The position numbers and the translations under genes are program-made. DNA of 63,640 nt, filler included, from Guillardia theta CCMP2712 (taxonomy: Eukaryota > Protista > Cryptophyta): NCBI RefSeq assembly GCF_000315625.1. It is 6 parts of 6 records of this genome, joined end to end, with 100 filler letters (N's around TTAATTAATTAA, not from the genome) between each part and the next. Parts side by side here need not be neighbours in the genome. Positions count along the whole stretch, not along the records: positions 21,950 to 27,249 come from NW_005434189.1; positions 27,350 to 33,963 come from NW_005434286.1; positions 34,064 to 46,418 come from NW_005434379.1; 3 more parts are not named here. One strand, 5' to 3'. Below are positions 24,447 to 36,749 of the stretch, piece after piece (within the stretch, counting starts at the first letter, position 1; each line of letters opens with the position of its first letter). The notes below the pieces were generated by a model, which was not told the DNA's origin, did no database searches, and worked only from the letters and a program-made list of their open reading frames with translations.

Positions 24447-27249
24447 ATGGTGTTTGTGTATAAATATCGACCACAAGGGGCCGAGAAACCTCCTGGCGTC
24501 CCTCAATGGAACAAACTCTCCTTCAGACATACACCGGATCAGTACGTGAGTTAACTGCCAACCACCTGCTCCGCTCTGCTCGCAAGTCCGTCGTTAACGG
24601 TCCCGCTAACTGACGCTTTCGTGCTCGAAGGTCCCAGGGCTGGAGGATTTCGACTTGGTTGTCAAGGTTCTGCTGCAGTGCCTTCACTTTCCAGCTGACG
24701 GCTTCTTCCTTCCGAGCAGGCTCAGAGTGCGCTCCCCAAGTTTGTTTCTCACGTGTACGAGGTGCTAGCTCCAGAGAAGTTCATGTTCCCTTCCTCATCG
24801 TTTGCTCAAGGGACGGCTGGTTGGGCTGGACGTCAAGCCTCGTGTAGGAATGATGGTGGTTCACACGCGGCTTGCGCGAGGAGCAGGTGTCATTGTCAAA
24901 GTGATGAAGATTCCCAACGACGTGTTGAACGCACCGAGGGGAGGCGTGTGCAGGTGAGATAGTCGAGCGGCTGTCCTGACAACAACCTCACTGTCGTCCT
25001 CGTCGTTCTCATGCTCCTTCTATCCTCCTTTGTCGTCCTAGTCCCCTCATCCTCGCGGCAAGCTTCTTGATCCTTTCCGTCATCCTTGACATTCCCGTCA
25101 CCCTGCTCTCTTCGATTTCCTCGTCCTGGATTCATACCCCTTTCTCATCCTGCTCGTCTTCCTCTGCCTCCCTCCTTCTTGTTCTCCTAACGACTATCGA
25201 TGCGAATCGATCTTGATTGCATGCTGCAGAGTATCGTGGGACAACGAGAGATTCAACACGCGGGAGGGTTGCTACACTGGAAGGGGAGGGGTATTTTCTC
25301 TTGCCGCTGTCAAGGTCAGAACCATCTCTGCTGTTACCCTTCCTGAATTTCACCTTTTTCTCAGCTGGATGGTCCTGGAGGAGCAGAGCTGGAGAAACTG
25401 CGGGAGAACAAGTTTGAGATGGGGGAGGTGCTGGTAGGGAAGCATCTGAAACCAAGGATCGGTATGAGAGTGACGGGATCGAAGCAAAGCTACATTCCTC
25501 AGAATCAGGTCAACTGACTTGTCATTTTCTTTCCTTGTTGACAGTTGAGGGAGTTGGAGTGGAGGACGGGGAAGAGCAAGCAGCGGAGGTGGTGAAGATT
25601 ATGGACCCATTGGGGAGGTGTTATTGAAGAATAAGGCAAAAAGCCTCTGGGCAAAAGATCTTCTTGAGTCATTGTCGCAATGGATGACAAGAGTAGGAAA
25701 GGAGAGCAGAGATGAATTGGAGAGTATCGTAAAGGTAGCAAGAGGGCTGAATGAAGTGAGACAGGGGAAAAGATGCGACGAAGAGATGAATTCCAATGAT
25801 CTTACTCATGGTGCAGATGGGTACAATCATGCACGTAAGGGACAACCTTGATTCCGTTCTTGTCAAGGTTCTTGCAACTGCTGTTGTCTTGTTGACTTGA
25901 CTCGCTACGAAACTGAACAACAGTGGGACAAGATCGGAGCGAGCTCCAAGGAGTTGAACACTGGTGCACTACCACTGTCTTATTCTCCGTTAGACATGCT
26001 CTGATAGGTCAACGTGGGCAATACCAACTTGCGCTGATCTTGTCCTCTCCTGACGAGGTGATCGCCTCCTCGAAATCACCACGTCATGCAGCTTCGCTCG
26101 CCAACTTGATCTCAATCTTCAGGACAAGAGTCCAAGTGGATCGAGCGAGGACAGTGACAATGAGGAGAAGGAAGCTGCTCTGCCGCCGCTGGTATCTCTT
26201 GTGGATAGAGAATGTCTGTGACTAGAGATTTGACATGAAGAAACTGCTGCGCGAGAGCTCGACGCTCGTGGGGATGGTAAGAGTGAAGTTCACAATGTTG
26301 GAAGATGACGAGTTCGCAAAGGACGTTTCCCCTGTCATAGGGATGCGAGTGAGGTAAATCAGACTTGCCTTGAAGGGTGCGCTTGACACCCGGCGAGGAA
26401 ACGAAGGCAAGAATGGCACCCGGACCTGCTGACCGAACCCCGACCCTCCACTGATGATGGTACGTTATGGGGGATGCGAAACTTGTCGTGTTCCACTCTC
26501 TTGTTTCTCCTCTCTGCCTCGATCTTGTGCCTGACGTCTCTCTTCTCTCTCTATCTTCCGCCCTGTTGTTACTTCCCGTCTTCATCTTTTACTTTTACTT
26601 CTCACACACACATGATAACCCTCAGACGCTCTCAACGACATCGGGACCATCGTCCAACTCGGCGCAAACGGGAAGCTTGCTTCTGTGCGATGGGACAGGT
26701 GAGAGAGGGAGAGAATCGACGCCAGCATTTGTGACGAGTTTTCCAGGTTTCGTCAGGGTCTGAACTTCTACCCCGTCGGGTTCAACGAATTCTACGAGCT
26801 CGAACTAGATTCGACGTGAAGCCCTTCCCCGCTCTCGTGCCCTCTTACGTTACCATCAGCCCCAAGCCAAGGACGCTGATCCTTGGCCGTGATTGCTTCC
26901 CCCAGGTGCTGAGGAGGAGGAGGAGGAGGAGTTGGAGGTAGGTGGTGGTAGTGGTGCTGGTGATGGTGGTGAAGTTTTCTGATTCTGATTCTGATTCTGA
27001 TTCTGATTCTGATTCATTACGCAGGTGGGTCACAGGGTTGAGATGCTGGATCCAAGCCAAGAGACAGGTAGGGCAGCACTGGACGCTCCTTGACGAGAGG
27101 TTGAGACAAAAATGCTTCAGATTTCGCTGCTAAGATACATACGCCATCGAAATCAGCCTTCAAGGATTCCGTCGGAGTCGTCAAGAAGGTTGTCAACCTT
27201 TTCTTCCACACCCGGCATGATTGTACTCGAGATCCTGAAATCGTCGGAC
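24447..27249 (+). CDS. Multi-exon protein with Mib/Herc2-like SH3-type domain; 3' end cut off by scaffold end
   Basis: Spliced exons give VIGMRVRKRRQEW...DIGTIVQLGANGKLASVRWDRFRQGLNFYPVGFNEFYEL, matching the Mib_herc2 pattern G.RV...GT....V.WD.....Y..G...Y.L. Confidence 0.5.
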
Positions 27250-27349
27250 NNNNNNNNNNNNNNNNNNNNNNNNNNNNNNNNNNNNNNNNNNNNTTAATTA
27301 ATTAANNNNNNNNNNNNNNNNNNNNNNNNNNNNNNNNNNNNNNNNNNNN
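27250..27349. other. Artificial scaffold linker
   Basis: TTAATTAATTAA within Ns. Confidence 0.95.
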
Positions 27350-28002
27350 TTGTCCACGGGTCACGAAAGACTCCTCCTCCTCCTCCTCCTCCTCCTCCTC
27401 CTCCTCCTCCTCCTCCTCCTCCTCCTCCTCCTCCTCCTCCTCCTCCTCCTTCACTCGGTCGTTTCCCTTGCTTCTCACCTCCTCTCTTGGCAGGCAGCTC
27501 TCAACTTGAGTCAGAGCCTCAAGACTTTGGTGTCCAACATGCCCTGCAAGGTAACGCAGGGACAAGACGCTCTGCCTCCTCGCGCGGTGCCTGAAGCTGT
27601 TATGCGCCTGCTCAGGTGAGGAATGCGAGGGGAGGGAGGGGAGGACAGAGAGGCGGGGGAGGAGGAGGCAGAGAGGAGAGGGGAGGGGTGAGAGCACGAG
27701 ACGAAGAGAGATGGGAGATCGTCCTTCCTTCACGCGGATTGCAGGGCGAGGGGCGAGCGAGCTGGGCCGAGCAGCGGCAAGAAGAAGAAAGGAGAGACAC
27801 CGATGAAAGGATCAGCAAAGAAGGTGAAGAAGTAGAGGAGGAGAAGTAGAGGAGGAGAAGTATTGTACCATTAGTAAACATCCTAATCATTGAAATCACA
27901 GTCCTGCCCCTCCTCTCCATTGTGCGACCTCGACCATCGGCTTTCAATTCATTTCATTCACTTGAAATTTTCTGTACATCCTGCTTCTGCTCCTCCTCGC
28001 AG

Positions 28003-30450
28003 TTACGACCCGTACATGTAGTAGACAAGCAACAGGACAATCAAGAGATTCGCCAGCACAAGTCCTGCTGTCACCAGCTCCTCTCCCCGCAGCAGCAGCT
28101 TGTCATTCCAGTAGAGCTCGACCCCGGGATGCAACGACGAGCTTGACGGCTGCGGCCCTGCAGAAGACTGTCTCCTCAGTGTGAGGGGGTACCTGCCGAC
28201 CTTGAGCACGGCTTCTCCTGGAGGGTCTTGCGCGTTCTTGTCCTGCTCAGCGGGAGCTAGGAGGGAGGTAGGAAGGGACGAGATGTCAGCCAGCCCGAGC
28301 GCCGCGTCCTCTCTCGCTTCCGGCGAGCTGCTGCCGCTGCTCGTCGACCTGTTGGAGTTGCTGCCATGGGGGGTGGCGGGAGACTCCTGACTGAGGGGGC
28401 AAGAGGAGGCCGAACGATGCCGGCACGAGACATCCGCTGGGGCTGAGATGGCCTTGACCAGCTGCGGGTTGTCCTCCTCCTCCTTGCCGCAGGTGTCCCT
28501 CCTGCACTCGACGCCGGGTCGCTGCAAGAAGCTCTTGGACTGGCAGGTCTCGTGCACCACGTTGATCACCCGGCCGTTCCAGGTCGCGAGCACGAGCTGC
28601 ACGCCCCTGGCGTCGAGCTCCTTCTCGATCCCCTCCATGTCCTCGTGGCAGCCGAAGGCTACGATAGTTGCAGACTGTGGAAGAGTCAGCGATACCAGCT
28701 GGGCAGGAGCTGGGCGTCACCTGGGACCGGCTTGATCTGGAGATGTCGAGGAGGGCGAGCAGCGCGTCCATGCGGAAATCTCCGACGGACTTCTTGGTCT
28801 CTGAGGGTCAAGTCAGCCAGTCGAGTCATCCACAGGAGAGGCTCACGGTAGTCGAGCTGACCGCTGAGCGACTTCTCGCAATCGCAGATGAAGTAATCCA
28901 GAGACCCGTACTTCTCCGAGAACTGCGAGGAAGGAGCAAGGGGAGAGGATGAGAACTTTCAGCATCGTACTGGAGGGGAGGTGGTCACGTTACCTCGGCA
29001 ACGAAATCGCACGCGAGCGCAGGAGTGAGTTCGGATGGGAGGGGCTGCTTTGCCGCACTCCAGAGGACGATGACTGAGGACCTCTGAGAGCATCTCTGCT
29101 ATTCTTATGAGCTACCATCCTCCTCCTCCTCCCTCCTCCTCCTCTCACCAGGTCACGTTGGCATCCAAGAAGGCAGTTGGTGTCCCACACGGAGCTACAT
29201 CCCGAGGACGTGGAGCGCGCATCGTCTGCATGGGGAGTGAGGGGAGGAAAAGAGCATGAGGGAGAAGACGGTCTACCTAGGTCATGCAGCATCTTGGAAC
29301 TGCAGCTGAACTGTGGGTATGAGGTGAGCAGGAGACTTAGCTGGGAGGGTCATTTACCCTCTCGGAAGTGATGGAGTCCTTGTCCTGCCATGAGCATGTC
29401 AAACATAAGAAAGATCTCCCACATGCGCAGACTCACGTCGGCGAGAGCGATGGTAACGCTCTCCTTCCATGATCGCTTCTCCTGCAGCACCAACATCAGC
29501 TGGTGCAAGAGCAGGTGGACGAGATGGGACCTCAACACTGCAGGAGCGGAAGACAAGCTTCTCCCCCTCACTTGTAACTACTATGAACTCATTGCTGGGG
29601 GATGACTCAGATAGATGCTTGTCTGGCTCAGCCAAACGCCTGCACCTCACGCTGCCGTCTTGCACTCCACGCACTTCGAAGATCTTTGATTTGGTTCCTT
29701 GCGATTGCTCTCTGCAAACTTGTGAGAAGCAAGAAATGAAGATGAAACAGATCAACATGCAAGCAAGAGGAAGAAATGAGGCCAGGTAGCAAGGGAAAGT
29801 AACAGACAACAGAGAGACAGGGCAGCGACCAAGACAAGAAGGGTCCAAGATGGAACAAGGTTTCAGTCAGCATCCCGAGACAGGGGCTTACTTGTGAGCA
29901 ATCATCATGAAGGGTCCTCGAAGAACCACGTAGCGATCATGCCATCTGTCGTGCCCCCTCGAAGCTCTTTTCTTCAGCCCCCCTGAAAAATCTCTCACAC
30001 AAGAGTAGAACAGAAAGGAGCAGGAGGCGACAACGATCGAGAAAGAAACAGGTCGAGGGGTACAATGAAGATCGTTCGGAAGTCATGTTCACCTTCTTCA
30101 AGATCTTCTTGTTCTGGGCTGTAACCAAGAAGCGGGTAAGAATTCATCGTCATCGCATCAAGAGAACACGCATACATGGGTCTGTGAGGAAGGTCGCATA
30201 ACTGAACTCAGTTTCCCCTCCTCTCTGCATAGGAAAAGTCAGAGAGGCAGTAAGAGATCCAAACAAGAATGACACAAGCACGAAAATCTCTCTTGTCCAG
30301 ACAAGATGAGCACTTCACGCCCTCCATTCCCTCCATGAGGCTCAATTCACCTTGTGTCCTTTCACTGTCAGCAGCGTTCCAAAGTAACTCTGCATCCCTC
30401 CACCGAAGCCAGATGAAGTAGATATCACCATCCGCTAATAGATTGTCCAC
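28003..30450 (-). CDS. Multi-exon hypothetical protein with C-terminal TM anchor
   Basis: Last exon ends ELVTAGLVLANLLIVLLLVYYMYGS*; upstream exon-like ORFs; start uncertain. Confidence 0.45.
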
Positions 30451-30899
30451 AAGCTCATAAAAATGTCTTCAGAAACTTTGTCGTTGGAAGTGCAAAGGTT
30501 GAAACCAATCTACATCCAACTCAAACGTCAATCTTCCGCCGTGCACTTTGAGCCCCCAACCCCCTTTACACTCGCCTTCTCGCTGCCGACATCTTAGCTC
30601 AACAAACATCGAGCTAAAATCCTTGGCTACCCTTAAATTTCTTGATTTGTCAACTTCATCATACCTCTCTCCCTCACTACAGCTGTAGGATCAATGGCAA
30701 ACACCCTAGAACGCATCTTGCTTTCTACCATCACGTCTGCCAACTCTCCTCGTTGTCTACTTCCATACAAGAGTTCTTCTCACCATTCTCATCCTCATGA
30801 TCCTTCTCCTTCTTCCTTCTTCCTTCTTCCTTCTTCCTTCTCTCCCGGCATTCCCGCTGCTTCCGCTCCTGGAGCGCGTCCTGTCCCTGATTTGCTCCT

Positions 30900-32760
30900 C
30901 CTATCATTCTGACTACTGGTCTGGACTACCCACCTGTCGATCCCCAATCTCCTATCACCCCCACCCCATCCCCCCAACAGGCTCCTAGAGACACCCCTAC
31001 CCCCCTCAATCACGGACCCCTGGATACCTCAATCGTCCTTTCTACTTTCCAAACCCCCTACCAGATTTCACTGACCCCACCCCACCGATTCGTTTGCCCC
31101 TACCTCTTGGACTACACCTGTATCCAAGAGTACCCCCTACCCTCTTTCCTACATGAAATTGCTCTGAAAAACCCACAGCGCCTGTGCAAGAACGGACCCA
31201 CTACCCCTTCATCAACTTACCCGTATTACCACTACCCCCTTGTTTCATTCCACCCATGGTTTTGACAGTTTTGCGTTCACCCCACCCAAAATTGAACCTA
31301 ATCCTTCACCCCTACCCCCAAATGACATTGAACTTACCTCTACCCTTGGTCGAAGGTATAGATATGTCCATTATTCCCTAATGTGGAATATAGTAATTTC
31401 CTTTCTCATACCCTACCTGCAAACCCATAGTAACCCCTACCCACTATATTTAGTCTTCATTGCCCGTTGGTTAGGGTATGGTACTACCCCACCTACCCCA
31501 CCTACTCCGACAAACCTGCTGATCCATGCCACCCTGCTTACTAATAAGCTGACTACCCTACCCCTCAGGTCTCTTGTCCTTCCATCCATGACGCCCTCCT
31601 CCATTTTCGTAGTCCCGACCACCCCCGGATAGGTCGATACCCCACCCTTCCAGACCCAGGGAATCATGGGCCCGGACCCGGTAGGTATGAGGTTCCACCC
31701 CTTCCGTTTGTGCAACTGGCTTTGGCATTTTACTACCCATCCTTATCCAGTCGCGATCTTTTGTACCATTGTAGGAGCACCCCCGTTACGTCACTTTAAA
31801 ATACCCCACCCCCTTGCGTCTTATTTCCTTTCTTACAACTCGTAGAGTACCCGTCCATTCCTGGTATCCATGTCCACAGACATAGGGGTAGTGGCTTGGT
31901 CAGGTAGGGGTGGACGCTGGGAGGTCGGCGGAGATGCGGCTTACCGGGCGCCTCACTTTACCCCAACCCCTCTCTCGAAGTTACTGACCACCCCTACCGC
32001 ATATAAATCCTCAAAATCCCTGGAAAAATACCGGTACTTACAGACTTTTTGTTTCGTTTATCGATGCCTACCCCACCCCTACCCACCATTGACGTCGCCA
32101 GCCTGGCAGGGGGCCGAATTCGAGACTGTTTCCCAATTGAGGGGTAGGGTGTGAGGACCAAAGAATGGGTAGGGGTGCTTATTTCTGTACTGATGTCATT
32201 GGGCGGTTGACGAGTCAGTGAAGGTAGGGTACGTGGTCAGGTGGGTGGGGTAATTACTTTGACTATATTTGAGGAAAAAAGATATAGTCAATTTAAAATT
32301 GACCACTAATGCACGAAGTCACGTTATCACCCCACCCTCAAATAATATACCATAATATAGTACCCTACCCTCTACTTTGATACGATCCTCGTATCAATTA
32401 ACAAACGCCTACCCCCCATCCCTCTACCCTACCCTTTCCCGCATCCCCCTTCTCGGTGCTCCGGAAGTATTTTACGGTCGCGAAAACGCTTCTTTTCAAG
32501 CTCTCAAGTCTCGCAGATCAAGTGAGGTCACCTAACTGTGACTTTCCCAGCCCGGCATGACCCGGGCCCCGGGCCTCGGGGCCCGGGTCATGCCGGAGGA
32601 CCGTCACTCAAATATTTGACTTGTGCCTGCGTTTACTCCCCAAGCACATGGGTGGGTTTTTGTTACGCTTACTACCGGTACTCAGAGCTGTAAATAATGG
32701 GGTCCAATACAACCCCTACCCTTTGCCATGCCTGGTCATTCTCCCCGACAGATTCCCCCA
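30900..32760. other. Degenerate TACCC-rich intergenic zone with GC-rich hairpin core
   Basis: Dense TACCCC/CACCCC/GGGTAGG words; perfect 20-bp inverted repeat at 32552-32596. Confidence 0.65.
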
Positions 32761-33139
32761 CGTACAAACTGTCACGAGGACGAGTGGGGACAAGAGGAGG
32801 AGAAGGGGAGGAGGAGAGGAGGAGAGGAGGAGAGGAGGAGAGGAGGAGAGGAGGAGAGGAGAAGAGGAGGAGAGGAGGAGAGGAGGAGAGGAGGAGAGGA
32901 GGAGAGGAGGAGAGGAGGAGAGGAGAAGAGGGGGAGGGGAGGAGTAGGGGAGGGGAGTAGGGGAGGAAGTGTGAGATAGGAGAAGGAGGAGTGATATATG
33001 CATCATTTGTGGAAGAGGACCATAATTCGGATCAGTACCACCGCTAAAACCAGTCCATGCATGGAGAGGAAGGAAACCTGATGAGAATGGCCTTACTTAT
33101 GTTGCTTCAACTTCTTTTCATCTGATTCTCTTGTTTCAG

Positions 33140-33850
33140 ATCTATTCGGCTGCTGCAACTGTTCGTATCATCAAACATCTTCTCTCCATCCTCTTACTCT
33201 TCCTCTATCATGAACTCTTGCTTCCCGTTCCTCGTCAGCAAGCAGGCCGTCGGGGTCAACGAGGAGCGCAGAAAGCGTCTGGACATGCTGAAGCAAGCGG
33301 AGGAGGTGAAGGAAAGACGCAAGGGGAGTCACAATAGCAGGGGCAGGAATCTTGCGAAGGCAGACGACCGAGACGAGGTTCTCAAGACGATCGTTCTGCA
33401 GGGACGTGGAAGCCATGGCCTGTTGAGGGAGGAGAGCAGGAGCATCGACAGCGACGTCGTCACCATGCCATCCCTGGATGAGCAGAGCAGACAAAAGAAG
33501 CCCGAGGAGGAGGAGGAGGAGGAGGAGGAGCAGCAGCAAACGATGCAGGAGACACGACGAGAAGGGATCAGGTGGAGGGGAAGGGGAAGTGGAAGGAAGG
33601 TGCTAGCCAGGGAGCAGAACTACTACTCCTACTTCGATCACAGCCGGAGGAGGCTCGCAAGCAGGTAGAGGAGGGAGAGGAGGTAGAGGAGGTAGGAGAA
33701 TCAGAAAGTTTGCGAGGTTGGAACATTTCCTTGCTGAGGGCATCAGACCATAAAAGTTGTTTCAGGTGTGACTGACTGCAACTTCATTTCTTGTCCATGA
33801 GACCGTTGCAAACAAGGAAGGCGTCTGGGAGGTCGAAGTCACATGAAGTG
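33140..33850 (+). CDS. Hypothetical gene (partial)
   Basis: ORF 33210-33668 with host-like codon use; structure unresolved. Confidence 0.3.
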
Positions 33851-33963
33851 ATTGAGAGAAAGAGAGGAAGAGGAGGAGGAGGAGGAGGAGAGGGGGGGAG
33901 GAGGGAAAGGAACGGAGCGGGAAGGGAGGAGGCGGGAGAATGAAACAGAGCAGACAGGAGCTT

Positions 33964-34063
33964 NNNNNNNNNNNNNNNNNNNNNNNNNNNNNNNNNNNNN
34001 NNNNNNNTTAATTAATTAANNNNNNNNNNNNNNNNNNNNNNNNNNNNNNNNNNNNNNNNNNNN
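33964..34063. other. Artificial scaffold linker
   Basis: TTAATTAATTAA within Ns. Confidence 0.95.
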
Positions 34064-34103
34064 ATTGAGCGAGTGTGTCTGCGGCTGTCAAGGTGAGGAT
34101 ATC

Positions 34104-35995
34104 ATAGGATAGGATTTACTGGCAGAAGATAAAAAGTGCCTCAAGCAAAACAAAGCAGGAACAAGCTGAACCGGCAGGTACACAGTCCACAGCGAGAAGC
34201 TGCACAATCACACACAAAACACAAGCCCGAAAAGAACCAGCACTGCTGGCACCCAGACGCGGCAGCGCCAGCCCAAGCGCGAAGCCGCGCAGACAAGCAG
34301 CCTAAGGGTCAAGCAATCAAGCAACAAGCAGCAGGAGCATGCAGGAGGAATAAAATCCCTTAGACGCGATACCCGGAGGCAGCCGACTGACCACTGTCAG
34401 TCGAGACGTCCGCGGCTGCCGCCACAAAGCGGGCGGCCGCGGACGGAGAAAGGGCAGCCGCCGACAAGGAGCCGGCGTTGCCCGGGGGTCCGCCTGGGGC
34501 AGCGGACGGAGGGAGGCTGGACACAGGAACACGGTACCGCTCGAGGTAGTCCTCCTCGCTAGCCTCCGAGTCAGCGGTAGCCAAGTCAGTGGTAGCCGCC
34601 CGTGACGGCGGCAACGCCGCGGCAATGCCCAAGGACCGGCGTGACCCGGCGACCGATGCCGGGGAGGAAGCAGGCGAGCTCGGACCAGCAGCAAGCACCC
34701 CAGTGGTGTCGAGCTCTCCGGAGGCACCCGACGTCACAGTGAGGGACGGAGACGCCTCGCCAGCTCCGCGCCCATCGTCGGGGCCACTCGAAGGGTGTCC
34801 CCCATCGGAGTCGGAGACCTCCGGCGAAGACTCCTCGGGCGACTCGACAAAGTCCGAGGAGGAGCTGTCCTCTGGCTCGAGAAGTGCTTGCGCCCGCAAG
34901 GGCGTCATGCGCCTCGCACCAGACAAGAGCGCTTCCAGCGTCAGCTGCATGGTGAGGCGCTGATAGGTGGCGGCGCGTTTGCGAGCCAAGACCTCAGCAG
35001 CAGGTCCGTCATCAGGCACAAAGTGCCGACCAAACGCCGCATCCTCAAGAGGCATTGAGCGCTGAGCAATGATGTCCGCCAAATACCAGATGAAGCGGAG
35101 GGTGTCAGGATGCAGGGTACCGTCCGTCGAGATGGCAAGAGGGATGAACGCTCGAGGAGGAGTAGTCATGGCATATGCAGCGCGATGTTTGCGAATCTTC
35201 TCAGACGCTGCAACATGGAGGGCGTCGAGGTTGACCTCCCCCCACTTGGTCAGGTCGGCAGAGCTACCAATGTAAGGGTGGACCAACGTCACGTCCGCCA
35301 TCAAGCCCTCGTACTGCTCGGACCCTCGATCGCGGATTCCAGGGATGTGGATATCGCCCTTCATCTTGCGGCCATGAGGATGGGAGGGTACCTGCCGTCG
35401 AGAACGAGGATCCCCCACTGTATCGATGACGCTCTGAAGACCAGCTTCGTTCAGCATCGACCGAATCGTACGAGTAAGGTTGTCATGCGCCGTGGGAAGC
35501 TTGGAGGATCGGCGTTTGCAGGTCTGGAGATGATGTGCAGCAACGGAGGGATCGAGCTCGCGCTGACATCCATCACATTTCGTCGGACACTGGCAGATCG
35601 GCATGCCATGGAGATAGCAGTCGAGCATCTGAGCATAGCGGTGCGGTGCTGATCGGTCAGCGCAGCGCGAGCATGCACATCATGATGGCGAGGGAAGACG
35701 CGCATGACAAGAGGGGTCACATTTCGCTGCGCAGGGGGAGGAATGAAGTGCTCATGAGACGAGTCGACGAGAGCGCGCAAACCAGGGATGTGTACCACAG
35801 ATGCCGGGGGGCGTCCTGCGTCATCAGGCACAGCAGCCGGGGCAGGTGGGATCGCCGCGCCATCTGCAGCCGGTGCAGGAGCCTTGACACGACGGTAGAG
35901 GATCGCTCCAGCATTATGAACGAAGTCGTGCGCCTCAACGAAGAAGGTCGCCAGAGGATGCTTCTGGGCACGGAGAGATCTCGAGCAGTGAACGT
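34104..35995 (-). mobile_element. 5'-truncated RLE-type non-LTR retrotransposon (CRE-like); RT domain absent
   Basis: ORF 34360-35628 has CCHC knuckle CDGC...HHLQTC, AHDNL, GDI...ADVT...SEKIRKH and FIPLAISTDG (restriction-like endonuclease signature); frameshift/deletion near 35630; 3' UTR ends GCCAGTAAA plus TCCTATCCTAT tail. Confidence 0.8.
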
Positions 35996-36094
35996 CGAGG
36001 GTGGTGACGCAGGGGATGCTGAAGGAGGAGGCGAGGAGGGAGAGGCCCGCCCAGACGACGGCGATGACGAACGCCGAGACCAGCAGGGTGTAGC

Positions 36095-36126
36095 ATGGAT
36101 GTATAGGATTTACTGGCGCGGTTTTT
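36095..36126 (-). mobile_element. 32-nt ultra-truncated copy of the same retroelement 3' end with 4-bp target-site duplication
   Basis: ATAGGATTTACTGGC identical to the element terminus at 34109-34123; flanked by TAGC at 36091-36094 and 36127-36130. Confidence 0.6.
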
Positions 36127-36411
36127 TAGCGGTGCTTGCTGCAGAGCATCACCGCCTGCCGGTCGCAGCGGGCGATCTCCCGCAGCTCGCCGGGGATGGC
36201 CCCGAACAGGTCGTAGAGGAACTGGCGGTTGAAGGGCGTCGCGTCGATCCAGACGAGCGCCTGGTGCACCGCCCGGTTCAGCAGGGTGGGGCTGGCGGGG
36301 GGCTGCAGCGGGGGCACGGACCCCCGGTAGGGGAGGTTGCTGAGCGGCCAGCTCCCGTCGACCAACGCGCGGGGGGTGGCGGCCAGCGCCGGCCCGTTTG
36401 TGTAAGGCAAT

Positions 36412-36514
36412 GGATTTACTGGCAGAAGGTAAAAAGTGCCTCAAGCAGAACAAAGCAGGAACAAGCTAAACCTCCAGGCACACAGCACACAGCGAGAAGC
36501 GGCACAATCACACA
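36412..36514 (-). mobile_element. ~100-nt 3'-end copy of the retroelement (diverged variant)
   Basis: Aligns by eye to 34112-34214 with several substitutions. Confidence 0.8.
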
Positions 36515-36534
36515 GAGTGTGTAGTAGAGGGTAT

Positions 36535-36749
36535 ATAGGATGTACTGGCAGAAGGTAAAAAGTGCCTCAAGCAAAACAAAGCAGGAACTTGGCAAGCTGA
36601 ACCGGCAGGCACACAGTCCACAGCGAGAAGCGGCACAATCACACACAAAACACAAGCCCGAAAAGAACCAGCACTGCTGGCACCCAGACGCGGCAGCGCC
36701 AGCCCAAGCGCGAAGCCGCGCAGACAAGCAGCCTAAGGGTCAAGCAATC
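36535..36749 (-). mobile_element. ~210-nt 3'-end copy of the retroelement
   Basis: Near-identical to 34115-34318, with a few substitutions and a 5-nt insertion. Confidence 0.85.

Noticed and set aside
34104-36749. LTR pair, or snRNA/SL-RNA gene array
   Set aside because: Copies share only the 3' end, have variable 5' truncation and tails, and follow an RLE ORF; no PBS/PPT, Sm site or U-snRNA motif was recognised.
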